A stretch of 64,000 nt of DNA, taken from positions 40,176,001-40,240,000 of the forward strand of contig OZ024746.1 of the NCBI GenBank assembly GCA_964016885.1, given 5' to 3'. Shown here in pieces: positions 37,727 through 51,141 of the stretch (the first letter of the stretch is position 1; every line of letters starts with the position of its first letter). Origin of the DNA: Eledone cirrhosa. Lineage: Eukaryota. The position numbers were made by a program, and so were the translations under genes. The notes beneath the pieces are model-generated. The model was not told the origin of the DNA, made no database searches, and saw only the letters and a list, made by a program, of their open reading frames with translations.

Positions 37727-38740
37727 TACAGTCTCCACCAATAAAATGTATACATACTCCAAGAAAAGATATATATATATATATATATATGATATTAATA
37801 AATGGAAACTATATTTATAAAACCATATTTATTTCATTATACATATTTCAGGGATACCAAATTAAATTATGGTATGCCTTCATCAGACAAAATACAATAT
37901 ATAACAGTTTTACAAATAAGCTTTGACGTACCCTATTAAAATGCAACCATTGTTTTTGGAAGCCATCCGGATAGTGATTTGTTTATATTACTTTAATAAG
38001 TCATAGTGTTAAGGACAATTAGAAAAAGACGGAGAGAAAGAAAAAGACGGAGAGAAAGAAAAAAAAACGTGGAGAAATATCGGAGAGAGAGAGATGCATG
38101 GAGAAAAAAGAAAGAGATAAGTAAAGACAGGAGGAAAGGAAGAAAGAAGAAAAAAGGAAGAAATAAGAAAAACAGAGGAAATCAACAGAGAGATATTAAG
38201 TCAACAGACAGATAGAAAGACTCAAGAGATAGAAATATTATATAGAGAGAGAGGGAGATTATGAAAACTTTACGTCATGTCATATTAAGTTGAGTTAACA
38301 ATTCATATGAAATGAATAATAAAAATATAAATATTAATATTCATGAATGGGACAGTTGTAAAACTGTTATATATTGTATTTTGTCTGATGAAGGCATACC
38401 ATAATTTAATTTGGTATCCCTGAAATATGTATAATGAAATAAATATGGTTTTATAAATATAGTTTCCATTTATTAATATCGTATATCTACTCCAAATACT
38501 TGTCGAGTGCTTTATATCAGTTATAAAAATATTTACTTGTTGTATCCCAACAATTTTAAATAGAACTTTTGCATATATATATATATATATATTCAACTAC
38601 ATTTCTTGCATCAAGATATCTCAACAAAGAAATTCATCTTTTGTATCATATATATATATAGAGAGGTATTTAAACAAGTTAAATATTTATACATTTTCTT
38701 TTCCTGAAGTGTGTATACATTTTTTTGGCAGACTCTGTAT
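37727..38740. mobile_element. Degenerate Tc1/mariner-like MITE with internal rearrangement
   Basis: TACAGTCTCCACCAATAAAATGTATACATACTCCAAGAAAAG is an imperfect inverse of 38695-38740. Confidence 0.5.
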
Positions 38741-40929
38741 ATATATATATTTATATCATAATCATGATCACCATTTAATGTCCATTTTTCCATGCTAGCA
38801 TAGGTTAGACAGGTTGTCCCGTTTTTGAGGCAAGTTGGGTCCGGTGATCGTGTTTTGCTCACACAGAACTGTTTCTGGCTTGGTTTCTACGACTGGATGC
38901 CCTTCCTTTCACCAACCACATTTACATTGTGTGCTGTATGCTTTTTGTCGTGACTCCTACACGACCACTTTACAGTGTGAGCTGGGTGCTTTTTTTCGTA
39001 ACACCTACACAACCATTTTTCAGTGTGGGCTGGGTGCTTTTTGTCATGACACCATCACAACCACTTTACAGTGTGGACTGGAGGCCTCACTAGAGGTTTG
39101 CTACAGCTTGTCCTCATGAGAGATGTATGGGAGGGTGGTGCATACTATATATATATCCAGTTTTGAATAGATACACCATATCTCTGCATGTCAATGTCAT
39201 TAATGACTGAAGGGGTTGTTGTCAGGAATGGCATCAAACTATAAAACATTGCCTCAAAAAGTACTGTGTAATGTTTGCTAGCATGGAAAAGTCAACATAA
39301 AAACAAAAAAACAAATGTGTGTGTGAGTGAGTGAGAGAGAGAGAGTATGTTTTCATTCAATATAAATAGAAGACTTTGTCAACATTTAGATTATCACAGA
39401 ACTATTTGGAGTAGAAGGAATACCAAAATAGAGCAATGATAATATTAGACATTTTTTTATAACATTTAGTTTGTTTTTTCAAAAAGTATAAACATCCAAA
39501 ATTTGTAATGTCATCTGATTTCTGGTATTTGTCAATGTTGTTCTCGTGACTAATTCAGCAATATTTTTAAGTTTTGAAAACAATTTTCTTTTCTTGATTT
39601 ATTATAACTTCTTTATTATTATTATTATTATTATTTTTTTTTTTTTTTTTTTTTACATTCTTAAACAAGAAGAAAACAAGCTTGACATTTTGAGGCCACC
39701 CCTTCAATTAGGATAGGCTTTATTTTATGAAGTATATTAATTATAAACAATTTTTTCAAATCATTTAGATATCCATAGTCACAGTTAGAGTTATTTATTT
39801 TTTGGCACAAAATTTACACACAATTTCTAAATTTCTTTCATATTATTTTTCTCCAAGATCTTCATCAACATTCTGTCTAAATTTTAATAGTCTATGTATA
39901 CAAGAAAAAAAAAAAAAAAGAAAAGGAAAGAATGTTCAAGATGTAAAAACTTCTATAGAAAAAATGAAATGAAATAATAATAAAAAAAAAAAATCTGTAT
40001 ACATTATTCTCCACTGTATGTAAACTTGAAAATATTAAGATATCTCTAGGAAGCTTTATGGTGTTGAAAATGTCATCTATGAATTACAATATTAGGGATA
40101 TAATCCAGTCACCTATATTTAACCATTTATTATCACCTTGAGGCTATAAAACCTACAATATTCCAAACATTTTTTGTGTGCGTGTGTGTGTTATAGTTTG
40201 TATTCTTTTTTTTCTTTAGACAGTTAAAATTTTTCTTTAGATGCATGTTGCATACCATATGCATGCATGTATATGCAGCAGACAGCATAGAGAGAACATT
40301 GATATCATCGCTTCTTTAGATTTTGGGAAGTTATTGAAATGTTTTCACTGGTTCAGGCACAAAGATATAGTGAGTATACACATAAAAATCTTGATGACAA
40401 CAATAAGAGAGATTTTTAAATTATTAATTTTTAGCTGAAATACATTCTTCTTTTCCAATAAAACATTTTTGTTTCATGCTAGATGCAATAAATTTAGTAA
40501 TTATATTTTTTAATGGAATTATATTGGTCTCATTCTTTTAATCAACAGTAATCTTATTAGTAGCAATGGTGTATTTCTGTAGAAAATTCTTCAGAAAACT
40601 ATTCCTTTTATTTTTTTCAAAATGTTATTGTAATTCAAAACTTAATTTTTTATTAGCTGCTTTAAAGTGGAAGGACTATTTGTATAGGATCTCTTGGTGT
40701 GGAAGATTAACAAGGACCGTTATGTTTGGAAGAACAATTGTTTTATCTTCGTTGTTCATGACTTAATTTCTTTATTTGTTTGTTCTGGAGGAAGAAGTAT
40801 TTATGTCCTTCACAGGCCCTTCAACAGCAGTGAGATTGAGGTTACTAATGTTCCTGTTAAACAGTTACATGTTGACAACCACAGAAAAAAAAACATGTGC
40901 AAGGATAGAATTCCAGACAGATGACATTT

Positions 40930-42430
40930 TACCTGGGGAGAGGGAAAACTGAAGGTAGGATTAGTGCAAATCCTGGTGGAGTAGACACAATATGGGTGAT
41001 GAGAGGAGGAGAGACAAGTGAATTGAGAGTACCTGAGTGGAGTTGGTACAAGACTACCCAGCTATTGTAATAGTGATAGAAAAGACAACAAATCTGAGGG
41101 CCAGAAGTCAGTGTGTTTGTTAGTGAATTCATGCTAAACACATAGATATAGTGGCCTTTTGTTAGATGCAGCCTATGTGTAGCAGCAGCACCATCTCAGA
41201 TATGAGAGCAGTACTCTATTGTGGATAGCACTTGGGCTTTGTAGTTGCTGGTGATTAAGAATCTTCTGGTTCTGAAAAGGAAATCCAGGCTTCAAGATGC
41301 AGTTTTTGTCTATGATGAGGATCTGTATTCACCAGGAGAGATCATCAATGATGGTGAGACCTTGTATGTGAAGTGACTGCAACAGTTCAAATTGCATGCT
41401 GTTTCTTTTTATGATGCGAGTAAGATGTGATTGTGTTTTCTTAATATGTATAGGGATTAAGTCTTTTAGCTGTTCAAAGGGACAAGATGGGCATGATCCT
41501 ATTGGAGGATATTTTCAAGGTCTCTGTTCATAAAGTAAGAGCAGATTTGGCTTGAGGTGTCTAGGTTAAATGTCAATAGAGTTTGGGAGGATTGAAGGGT
41601 GATGTCATCTGCATAGTTGTGGGCATTGTTAGAGGTGATGGCAAGTTGGTTATTGATGTATAGGAAATATTTTAGAGAAAACCTTGAGCCCTAGGACACA
41701 GAGTTGGTGTAGGTCAGAGAGAGAGAGCTTCATCAGCATACATTGTAATAGAGTAATCTGACAGGAAGCTACCAATCCAAGAGATGAGAAATGGATGGAG
41801 GTCTTAGGTGGGCAGTTTTGACAGGAGATTTGTGCGCCAGATATAGTTATTAGCTTTGCTGCTGATGTTGAAGATAACAGCACTGTTTTCACTAAATTTC
41901 TGGAGAATTACAGCTCACTGGTGAGTGACATATGGGAAAAGGTCTGCAGTAGATTTGAGTTTATGAAAGCTCTGTTGTAAATCATTAAGGAGAGAGTGAG
42001 TTTCAAGGTGTTAGATAAGATTGTTGTTAATGGCTGTCTCCATCTTTGAGAGGTTGATATTGAGTGTGACAGGATGATAGTTGGCAGGGTTTGTAGAGAA
42101 TGTTGAGAACGAGACTCTGTAGTCTGTTTACAGAGATCAGGGTACATTGTTGGGGAGAGGTATGGAGAGAAAGAGAGATTGAACATTTTTGTTAAGATAG
42201 GGGCTAGCTGAGTAGTGCATTATTTGGAGCTAATGGAATATATATTGTCGGGTCTGGTGACTTTGTGGCTTTGAAGCAACTGGAGGTACTTTTGTACTTG
42301 ATGCATGTGTGTGCATAGTAATGAACCTGGTGGAGTAGAAAGGGATACTTTTGGTGAAGATTTAACTAGTGTGCACAGTGTAGGGTTGGATGAAAAATGG
42401 ACAGCAACTGTGGAGACTTTCTCCATGGGA
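40930..42430 (-). mobile_element. Degenerate CR1/Jockey-like LINE RT fragment
   Basis: Minus strand gives VTRPDNI, V.QG...FLYINN...NYADDIT RT motifs with many stops; clade assignment is tentative. Confidence 0.65.
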
Positions 42431-44039
42431 GTATTGTTCATCATCATCATTTAATGTCCACTTTCCCTGTTAGCAAAGTTGAAAAGGTCAAAGAGACCAA
42501 GTCAGTACTGAAGCGGGTCTACTGACTTCTCAGACAGGCCAAGGGGTCTGCCTCTAACTTGTGTATGGTCATATGTTCTATTGAGTGCAGAGAAGTTATC
42601 ATGTCTTTTGATACAACTGAAGGATACTCCCAATCTTTTGTTTGGCAAGCTTTCTACGGCTGGATACTCTTCCTAACACCAGCCACTTTACAGCGTGTAC
42701 TGGGTGTTTTTATTGTGTAGATCACCCAAACTATAATAGTTGAGAAATGAAGGAAAAGAGTATTTGGCAAGTTTGTAAAGATCCTTCTGAAAAGGGATCA
42801 AAAGTACTGCTTTCAGTTTGGGAGGCAAGATAGCTTGCAGGTTGTATGATGAATGATGACATTATTCATACTTCAGATAATGGTCTTGCAAGAGTTACCA
42901 TATCGTGTAAGAGCCATCTACATTGTAAGGGTGGGTGATATTCTTTAAGCATTTTACCTGAACTACTAAAGTGCAGCTATGAGTGAACCACTTTGAGGAC
43001 TTAGGGCTGTGAGTTTTGGTTGTGTATGGGATGTAAAAGGATATGCTTAAGAGGATAGTCTCAATCACTCAACAAGTTATTTGTAATGGACCAGAGGTGT
43101 CATACATATGATGCCAGAAATAACTGCCATAGAACTGGCAAAGGCCTGGCCTGTCAGTTTTTATTTTGAATGTTTGAAATATTACAGTATTTTACTTCCC
43201 CTATCAAATTCCATGATTTCATGACAGATTACAGATTTTATGACAGACTACAACTATTTATGTGGAAGTTGACTGATTATTTGAAGCTTCTTTTAATCAT
43301 TTTCTTACCAACTTATAAATAACGAAAAGAACTACTTTTTTTTGTAATGTTTTCCATGCTACACATCTCTGCAGCTTGCTAAGTAAATACGGCTATTAAA
43401 AGGCTGACTAATAGGCAAGATGTGTCTTTTCATGGCTCAGTCTATCTAGATGTTAATAGACACCGCAAGTAGTTGCAAATATCAGGAACATTATAGAATT
43501 ATTAAATGTTTCATAAGCTTGTAGTGTTGAGTTTTTATTTTCCTATGACCTTAACTTACAGTAAAAGCATTCATCAGTTTTAAGGTTTTTAACACCTATT
43601 TAGCAAAAATATTTTTCATACCATTATATCTACTGTATTTGTTAAGATAATTATAAATAGAAGTAAATTAAATTGTTCTAAAATCGCTATTGCTTTCCTT
43701 CTTATGTAAATCTGACCAAATTCCAATTGTTTTTTTCTTTAAATATAAATGTTTAAAGCTTTTTTAGTTTTTTGGCAACAACTTATTAACTGAATATCAT
43801 AAGGAGTTGATCAATAATGATGACGTCTTAGGTTCCATGCTTTAACATTTGTAAAAGCAAAAATAATAATAATAATAATAATGGTTTCTGATTGGCACAA
43901 GCCAACAATTTTGGGGGATGGGAAAATCGATTAAATCGACCCCAGCGCATAACTGGTACTTTATTTTATCGACCCCGTAAGGATGAAAGGCAAAGCTAAC
44001 CTCGGTAGGATTTGAACTCAAATAATAAAATTACAATAT

Positions 44040-46616
44040 TGAGTATACATTTGGCAGTATTTAGTTTTGTATTTAGCTGCAGTGACGTGAAATAGAATTT
44101 TAACACATCTTTTGTTGCTTATAAATATAAAAACAAACCTGTTGTTTCAGACCTTATAAATATTCAGAGTACAATAAAAAAAAAATTTAAAAAAAATAAA
44201 AAAAAAAAAAAAAAGAAAGAAACCATCAATAAATCTTAACCCTCATAATTCTGTTTATGAGTCCTACATTTAACATTTTTTAAATTCTTAATCTGCTGGC
44301 TATATGATTTATATTCTGATTTAGTTGTTCAAAGGAGAGTATCATATATAACTGTTGTATTTTCCCACTATACTTTCAATAATGAGCTTAAGCCTGTCAA
44401 TTTAGTCTTTATCGCTATAATGCTGAGTTATTATTTTTCCATAATTAGTATTTGATTCATAAGTATACTACATTAATTGGAGCAAATGCAACATTAAGTA
44501 GTAAACACATTTAAACACATTTAAAGGATTTTTTTTTTTTTGCATGATACTTTCCCTCTATTATTTATAATATCAAATGTTTTTCAAAGATGTTTTTTTT
44601 AACATTACTACCATCTACTCTCATTTATTTGTTCATACCAAATCATTTCTAACATTCTCCAAGTTTTAATGCTGATATTTTCATTATACAGCAGCACAAT
44701 ATAGATTTTTAAAGTGTTGAGCATGTTTAACATTTAGAAGAGATAGAGATAATGCCTTTTGTGAGTGTGAACACAAAACAGCTAGATCTACATAGTAATT
44801 TAGAAGCGCTAAACAAAACCTTTTACTAGAACATTATTTTTATCACTTTCTTGGGCTTGTATGTGAAAATCTCAATGATTAAAAATTTTCTAAAATATAT
44901 TTTAACATGAAGAAATAGAAAATATATAAATATATTTAAAACAAAGACAAACGAACAGTCAGTATTTATATAATTTAAAAATGAAAAATTGAAGACATTT
45001 TACAAAAAAATAGATCATAGATATACATGCCAGAAACATATTTTAAAATCCTATTTGCAATTGGAACATTTTTTTTTTAAATTTGATAAAACATGTATGG
45101 TTGTAAAGAAGAATGTAATTCACTTAATGGTAAACTTTTTAACTTTATCCAAAACTACGATTATCATTGCTAAACTAGAATTGATTAATGGTTTGTTTGT
45201 TTTTTTCATTTGCTGGGTACTAAGAGAGTTAAAAAATAATTTATGTAAGCAAAGTAATTTTTTATTTTTATTTTACATTTTATCAATAATAATTTATCTT
45301 TAACAACATTTCAGAAAAGTTTTACAGTTAAATGCTCAAAATAATGTTAAATTTACTATTTTAGGTAAAAAGTACCTTATAGTATTTAGATACATTTTGC
45401 CTTTTGTAACATTCAAAAAGAGCAGCTTTAATATCTAGAAGATAAAATACAATTTGTTATGAATAGCATTTAGAAAATGTTGAATGGATTTGACTCATCA
45501 AAGTACCAGGCTAGCCCAACATTGCTGAGCTTTGTGATATGATACTTATTAGTTTTAGAGTCAATTGGTCCAAAGAGATATTAAAAATAAATAAAAAACT
45601 AAAATACTCTGAACTATTGATAACTGCTATTACTGATTTCTCACAGAGGCACAAGGCCTTACATTGATAGGGGTAAGGGGAATGAGATTGCACAATGTTC
45701 ATGCCATTACTGAAAGGCATTAGCAACTTAAGTAAAGTGAAATCAGTCCAATGAGTATTCAAACAATTTTGTGGACTCGGCATACTGTAAGTCTTTCTTC
45801 TTACTCTACAGTACATGCCACATACAACAGACATTGTTAATGTGAACAATAATTATGAGAATAACATAAAAATGCTTAAGCATATAAACACATGTACTGA
45901 ACAGTTAAAAAAAAAACACTATTAAAAATATGATTGACTTATTAAATTAATCTGCAATTATTAAATATAAAGGCAGATTAAGAATATTTTTCTTTCAATA
46001 ATAATTTTGTTTGCTTTTTTTTTTTTACTTTGTTGAACTGTATTACAGAGTTTTAAAAAACCCACTCCCCACCCCCCACCCCACACACACAGGTAAAATA
46101 TTTAACATCATAAATTACTGAAATATCTATTCTATGTAGAAGAATGAGAAATTAAATGACTTGTTATGTACAAAGTAAACTTAATCTGATATATAGTAAA
46201 ATATGTTGGAAAGTTCTCAATGACAACATGTTCTTTTAACGACATTTTTTTGTGTTTTCTTTTCATTTTTCCTCAATATATCTTTAATGTTATATTTTTA
46301 TGATAACAGTTTTTTTGTTTTTTTAATGTATTGAGATAGGCACTAAAAGTTGTCTCTTAAAGCATAAAATGCCTATTTTAAATATTTGTAGTTAAAGAAA
46401 AGAAAGGCATAGCACTTTTTAGTAATCATCAATGCAGGCTATCAAGCTCAAAGAAACTATCAACATTTCCAGTGTTAAAGAAAGTTTATGGATCTTTTGT
46501 GCTGCATCCAATCTGTCAGATCTTATTGTAATTTCTTAGAAATTGTTTCAAGGATTTTAACTAAATTGAGCACCTTTTTTTTTTCCTTCTGAAAAACTAA
46601 GAACAACTTCCTATAG
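44040..46616 (-). other. Probable long 3'UTR of the EFHD-like gene
   Basis: About 2.6 kb directly after the stop that is very AT-rich and free of the TE families that saturate the introns; several AATAAA on - (TTTATT on +). The end point is unknown. Confidence 0.5.
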
Positions 46617-46748
46617 CTATTGAAACATAGAAGCCTTTTCCTTGAATGCTTTCTTTCGTTCTTTGGCTTCTTCTGCTTGCTTCTTTCTTTCTTCTTGTTC
46701 TTCCTTGATTTCATTTTCAAATTTCTTAGACCATGTCTGGGCATCAAT
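46617..46748 (-). CDS. EFHD2: EFHD-like terminal exon (coiled coil)
   Basis: ttgttttag|ATT GAT...CAA TAG on -; IDAQTWSKKFENEIKEEQEERKKQAEEAKERKKAFKEKASMFQ*. Confidence 0.95.
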   Translation of the reverse strand: MDAQTWSKKFENEIKEEQEERKKQAEEAKERKKAFKEKASMFQ

Positions 46749-47548
46749 CTAAAACAAAAACACAAACCATCAGATCGAACCAAGGAAACAATGTTTCTAT
46801 TTGTAGTTTTTCCATTGCTGATACTATATGTAGGTTGCAACTACTGGCAGGAGGAAGTAGGATTTGAACTCAGAATACAGAGAACCAGATCAGATATTAC
46901 AAAGCATCACAACCAGCTCATTAACAATTCTGCCAATCCACCCACCACCTGTAGACTGATACTTTATTTATTGATACCAACACGATGGAAAGCAAAGTTG
47001 GCCTCATTTAATCTGACACATTAACAACTCTGCTAATTTGCCCTTAAAATTAATTTTAAAATACAATAATATAATGAACATGTTTAGAAAGTGGCAAGCA
47101 AAGTATGAAAATTAAATTAGAAGACTTTGCTGTAACTTTCACTAAATAACATAATTGTTTCTACTTTTGGTACAAGGCCAGCAATTACCCCAGTGCATTA
47201 CTGGTACTTTATTTTATCGATCCCATAAGGATGAAAGGCAAAGTTAATCTCGGCAGGATTTGAACTCAGAACGTAAAGGGCCATAACTCTATGCTGCAAA
47301 GCATAGTGTCTGATGCTGTACCAATACTGCCAATCCATTAACAAGGTGTACGAACCCCCTGAATGGAAAAGATGGGAATCAGCACGCATGTGCTGATACC
47401 TATTTTTTTCATTCATTATTATTTTCTGAGTTCAAATCCTGCCGAGGTTAACTTTGCCTTTCATCCTTACGGGGTCGATAAAATAAAGTACCAGTAATGT
47501 ACTGAGTAATTGCTGGCCTTGTGCCAATAGTAGAAACAATTATTATTA

Positions 47549-47738
47549 GGTGGATTGGCAGTATCGGTAGAGGGTCGGACGCCATGCTTTCTAGCATAGT
47601 TACGTCCCTTTACAGTCTGAGTTCAAATCCCGCCGAGGTTAACTTTGCCTATCATCCTTACGGGGTCGATAAAATAAAGTACCAGTAATGTACTGGGATA
47701 ATTGCTGGCCTTGTGCCAAAAGTAGAAACAATTATTAT
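47549..47738 (+). mobile_element. SINE family A (tRNA-like head, CTTTCATCCTTACGGGGTCGATAAAATAAAGTACCAG core), representative full copy
   Basis: A-box-like TGGCAGTATCGG and B-box GAGTTCAAATCC, (ATT)n tail. Other copies near 13405, 20041, 20200, 20420, 26796, 27292, 47425 (+) and 60-140, 27060, 28215, 43875, 47150, 51548, 52125, 57230, 61015 (-). Confidence 0.85.
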
Positions 47739-50700
47739 TAGATTATTTCATTTAGTCAAAGTTACGGCGAAGTCTTCTAATTCAACTTTCATATATTTAT
47801 ATATTTAAATGAAATGTGGACACATATAGAGATGACACAATGTAAAAAAAGGAGTAAGAAGAAATTGAACCCTAAAATTCAAAGTACTCTTTGATTTTTT
47901 TATAGTTTAGTTATCAAGAAAACAATTCAATAAAGGAATTATCATGAAATAATTTCTATGAAAACAGATAAATCTTGCTTATAATGAAATGCCTAAAGAA
48001 GCTTCACAAACTCCAAATAGAATTAATACAACAAATATAAAACTAAACCTCATAAATCTTCAAGAAAACGAAAATATGAAAATCACCATTAATGTCAATA
48101 ATTCAAATTCTGATAATATCACAATTATCATCATCATTTAATGTCAATTTGTTTTCCTTGTTGGCATGGGTTGGGTGGGTTGCCATAGACCAAGTCAATA
48201 CTTAATTGGAATTACTGTCCTCTCAGACAGGCTGGGGCACCACCTTACATGCTTGACAGTGCTTTTTGTCATGGCACTAGTATAACCACCTTATAGGGTA
48301 GACTGGGTGCTTTTTGTCATGGCACCAGTATGACCACTTGTGGACATTTTCAGAAGAGGCAGGGATTTATTTTACAGGATATGTGGTAATTTCACTGTCA
48401 TGAAAATGTATTAAATGCATCAGTATTTGTTCTGGCTCACTGTACTCTGTGTTTAAATCCCACCTCCTTTTGTCAAGAGTTGCAACTAACAGATAGTATC
48501 AACAAGAAGAAAAGACCAATGGAAACATGATTTCTTTGGTCCAATCTGAAGATAATTTCCTTTCCCATTCTTTTTTTTTAATTCAATTTAAAACACAGAA
48601 AGAGAAAACTTTTTGGCTATTCAACAATAATGCTTGTAAATTTTAACCAAGTTCCTCACTACATCTTTATATCTCGACAGATGTAAAGCAGATGTGACAA
48701 CTAATATGCTAATTACAACACTGTACTTAATGAACATTAACATGTAAACACAAATATACAAGCTAATAGTGATTACAACCTTCTATATAAATTAATTAAT
48801 TAGTCAGTGACCAACTTCAGTCTTTGCTGAGTTGACAAACATTACAAAACCAGTTAACTCAATGGCTTTCACAGCTTTTATTTTTCTAATTGAAATGTCT
48901 TTAGCTGTTATACATGTCTGTCAAGACAAATTAGAATTTAATAGCGCCAATTACAACTGTCTGGTCACAATTAAAACATTTCAAACAGTGTTGTTGCTGT
49001 TTAACCGCAGGTCTTTTATGACTGAGCAGACTTGCGGCAGATAGGTGCATTTCAATTGAGATCAGCCAATGTTTTTGTAATCATCAAGCACTACATTGTT
49101 TAATATGTCTTTTCATATTTAAGATGGCAGAGCATAATTTGATGCAAATTTGGCTGCTATTTCCAGTGGATGAATTAACAGAGCTGTTAGGGAATTGGAT
49201 TAAATGCTTTGGTAGTGTTTCTGACTCTGCTGCATTCTGGATTCAAATCTCACTGAAATCAACTTTTCCTGTCCTACTTTCAAGGGTTGAAGATTGACAA
49301 AATTGTGAATGTATCAACCCTGTGCATTCTGAGTTCAAATTCCACCTTCTGCCAAGGCTTGCAAACAGTAAATAGTATCAGCAATGGATAGACCAATGGA
49401 AACATTGTTTCCTTGGTCCAATCTGTTGATCAGCTCTTTTTCTTTCCTTTTTCTAGTGGATGAGCAATCATATATAGAAACAATCATATATTATTGGCTC
49501 AGGAAAACAGTGTTATTTTGATGAAAAGATTATAAGACAACTTGAACACTAGTAATAAGCAATAATTTATAAATAAAGAAACTAATTGAAGTTTGATTTA
49601 AGATGTTCAAAAAAATAATTTCAGGTATACCACAAACATGGAGAATTTTTCCCTTAACATAAAATGCCTGGAATTTCAAATAATATTCTTATCTCAATCA
49701 ATTTACATTCTCACATTTTGTTTTTAAGGATTAACATTTAACAAGATATTAGATTATAGCCACAGGCAAGGCTGTGTGGTTAAGATATTCACTTTAGAAC
49801 CATGAGGTTGCAGGGTCTATTATGGCTTCAGGCTGACCAATGTTAGCTAAGATAATTTGGGAGACAGAAACTGTACAAAATCTATTGTTTATATGTATGT
49901 CTGTGTGTTTGTTTCTTTGTCCTGCAGCTCAAGGTTAGAATCAGGAAGAGGAATACAACCATAGAATACTACCCCTAAAAAGTCTCATTCAATCAAAATG
50001 AATGTAAAAATGATGATGATAATGATGATTATGGTAGTGGTGCTGATGATGATGATGATGACAACTTTATATTTTTTGACATTGTTTTGAAAGATCACAT
50101 CTCTTTGAATCTTACTGTTTTACCAAAATTAAAAAAATGTTCTATATTCTATAATTTCTTAAACAAATGCTCTCATTGTTGTTTTTTTATAACACAGAGT
50201 TTAAACTTAGACAGTATCTTAAACTCAAATCCCTCTTAAATATTCTTAATGTCTGTTAACATATTCTTAAACATAGGTATTTCTGTTAATAAAAATAAAC
50301 ACCTGCAAATCCAGAAATAAAATTATCAAGTCAAATCTCAGATCATTTACTTTTAATATTATTAATACCTTGAAGTATCAATTCATAGAAGTAACTAATT
50401 TTAGAAGAACACAACACAAGTATTTTAAGGCCATTTCCCTGTGAAACCAGAGATTACTTTGTGGGCCTCATGATATGGGGATCTTTTTGAAGATTGATTT
50501 TTACAGGTAGATGTTCTTCCTGACGCTAATCCTTTTGGTTGCTGCTTACAGCACTCAGAGTTATGTTGTACCCATTCATTCAAAACCAGATACAGTCAAA
50601 TTAACTAATTTTAGAAGTGAATGCAGAAGATATGCAAAAGCCTGGGAAAAATAAATCAAGCATGCTCTGTCAGATGTGTAATTCTAGAGTGTATGAATGA

Positions 50701-51003
50701 TGAAGCATGGATGAACCAAGAAAAAAACTGGACATAAGTGGAACCAGATGTAGTGTGCAAGAGAGAAGATTATACTAATAAGGTCACATGAGGTGCATGG
50801 ATATAACAAACGATTGGTGAAAAGGTGCTAAAAGTTCACAGTAGAAGGAAGATATGGGAGAGGAAGACTGAGGAAAACCTAGGCAGAAGTGGTGAGGGAT
50901 GATCTCAAAATACTAAACCTCACAGAGGAGATGACAAAAGAATGCAATGTATGGAGAAAAGCTATGAATTTTAACAATTTAAAAATACAAAACAGAATTT
51001 TAC

Positions 51004-51141
51004 CTTGGCCTCAAAAAAATTCTTAGCGCCCTTCACTCCTTCTTTGTCCACATCTATTTCCCATACATTTTGATATAACTCATATAGACCACTCTCTGTG
51101 TTTAATTCTTCAGCAGCTGCTTTCCGGAAAATAAGGAGAAA
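51004..51141 (-). CDS. EFHD2: EFHD-like middle exon
   Basis: ttctttcag|TTT...AAG|gtaaaa on -; FLLIFRKAAAEEL...EIDVDKEGVKGAKNFFEAK. Confidence 0.95.
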
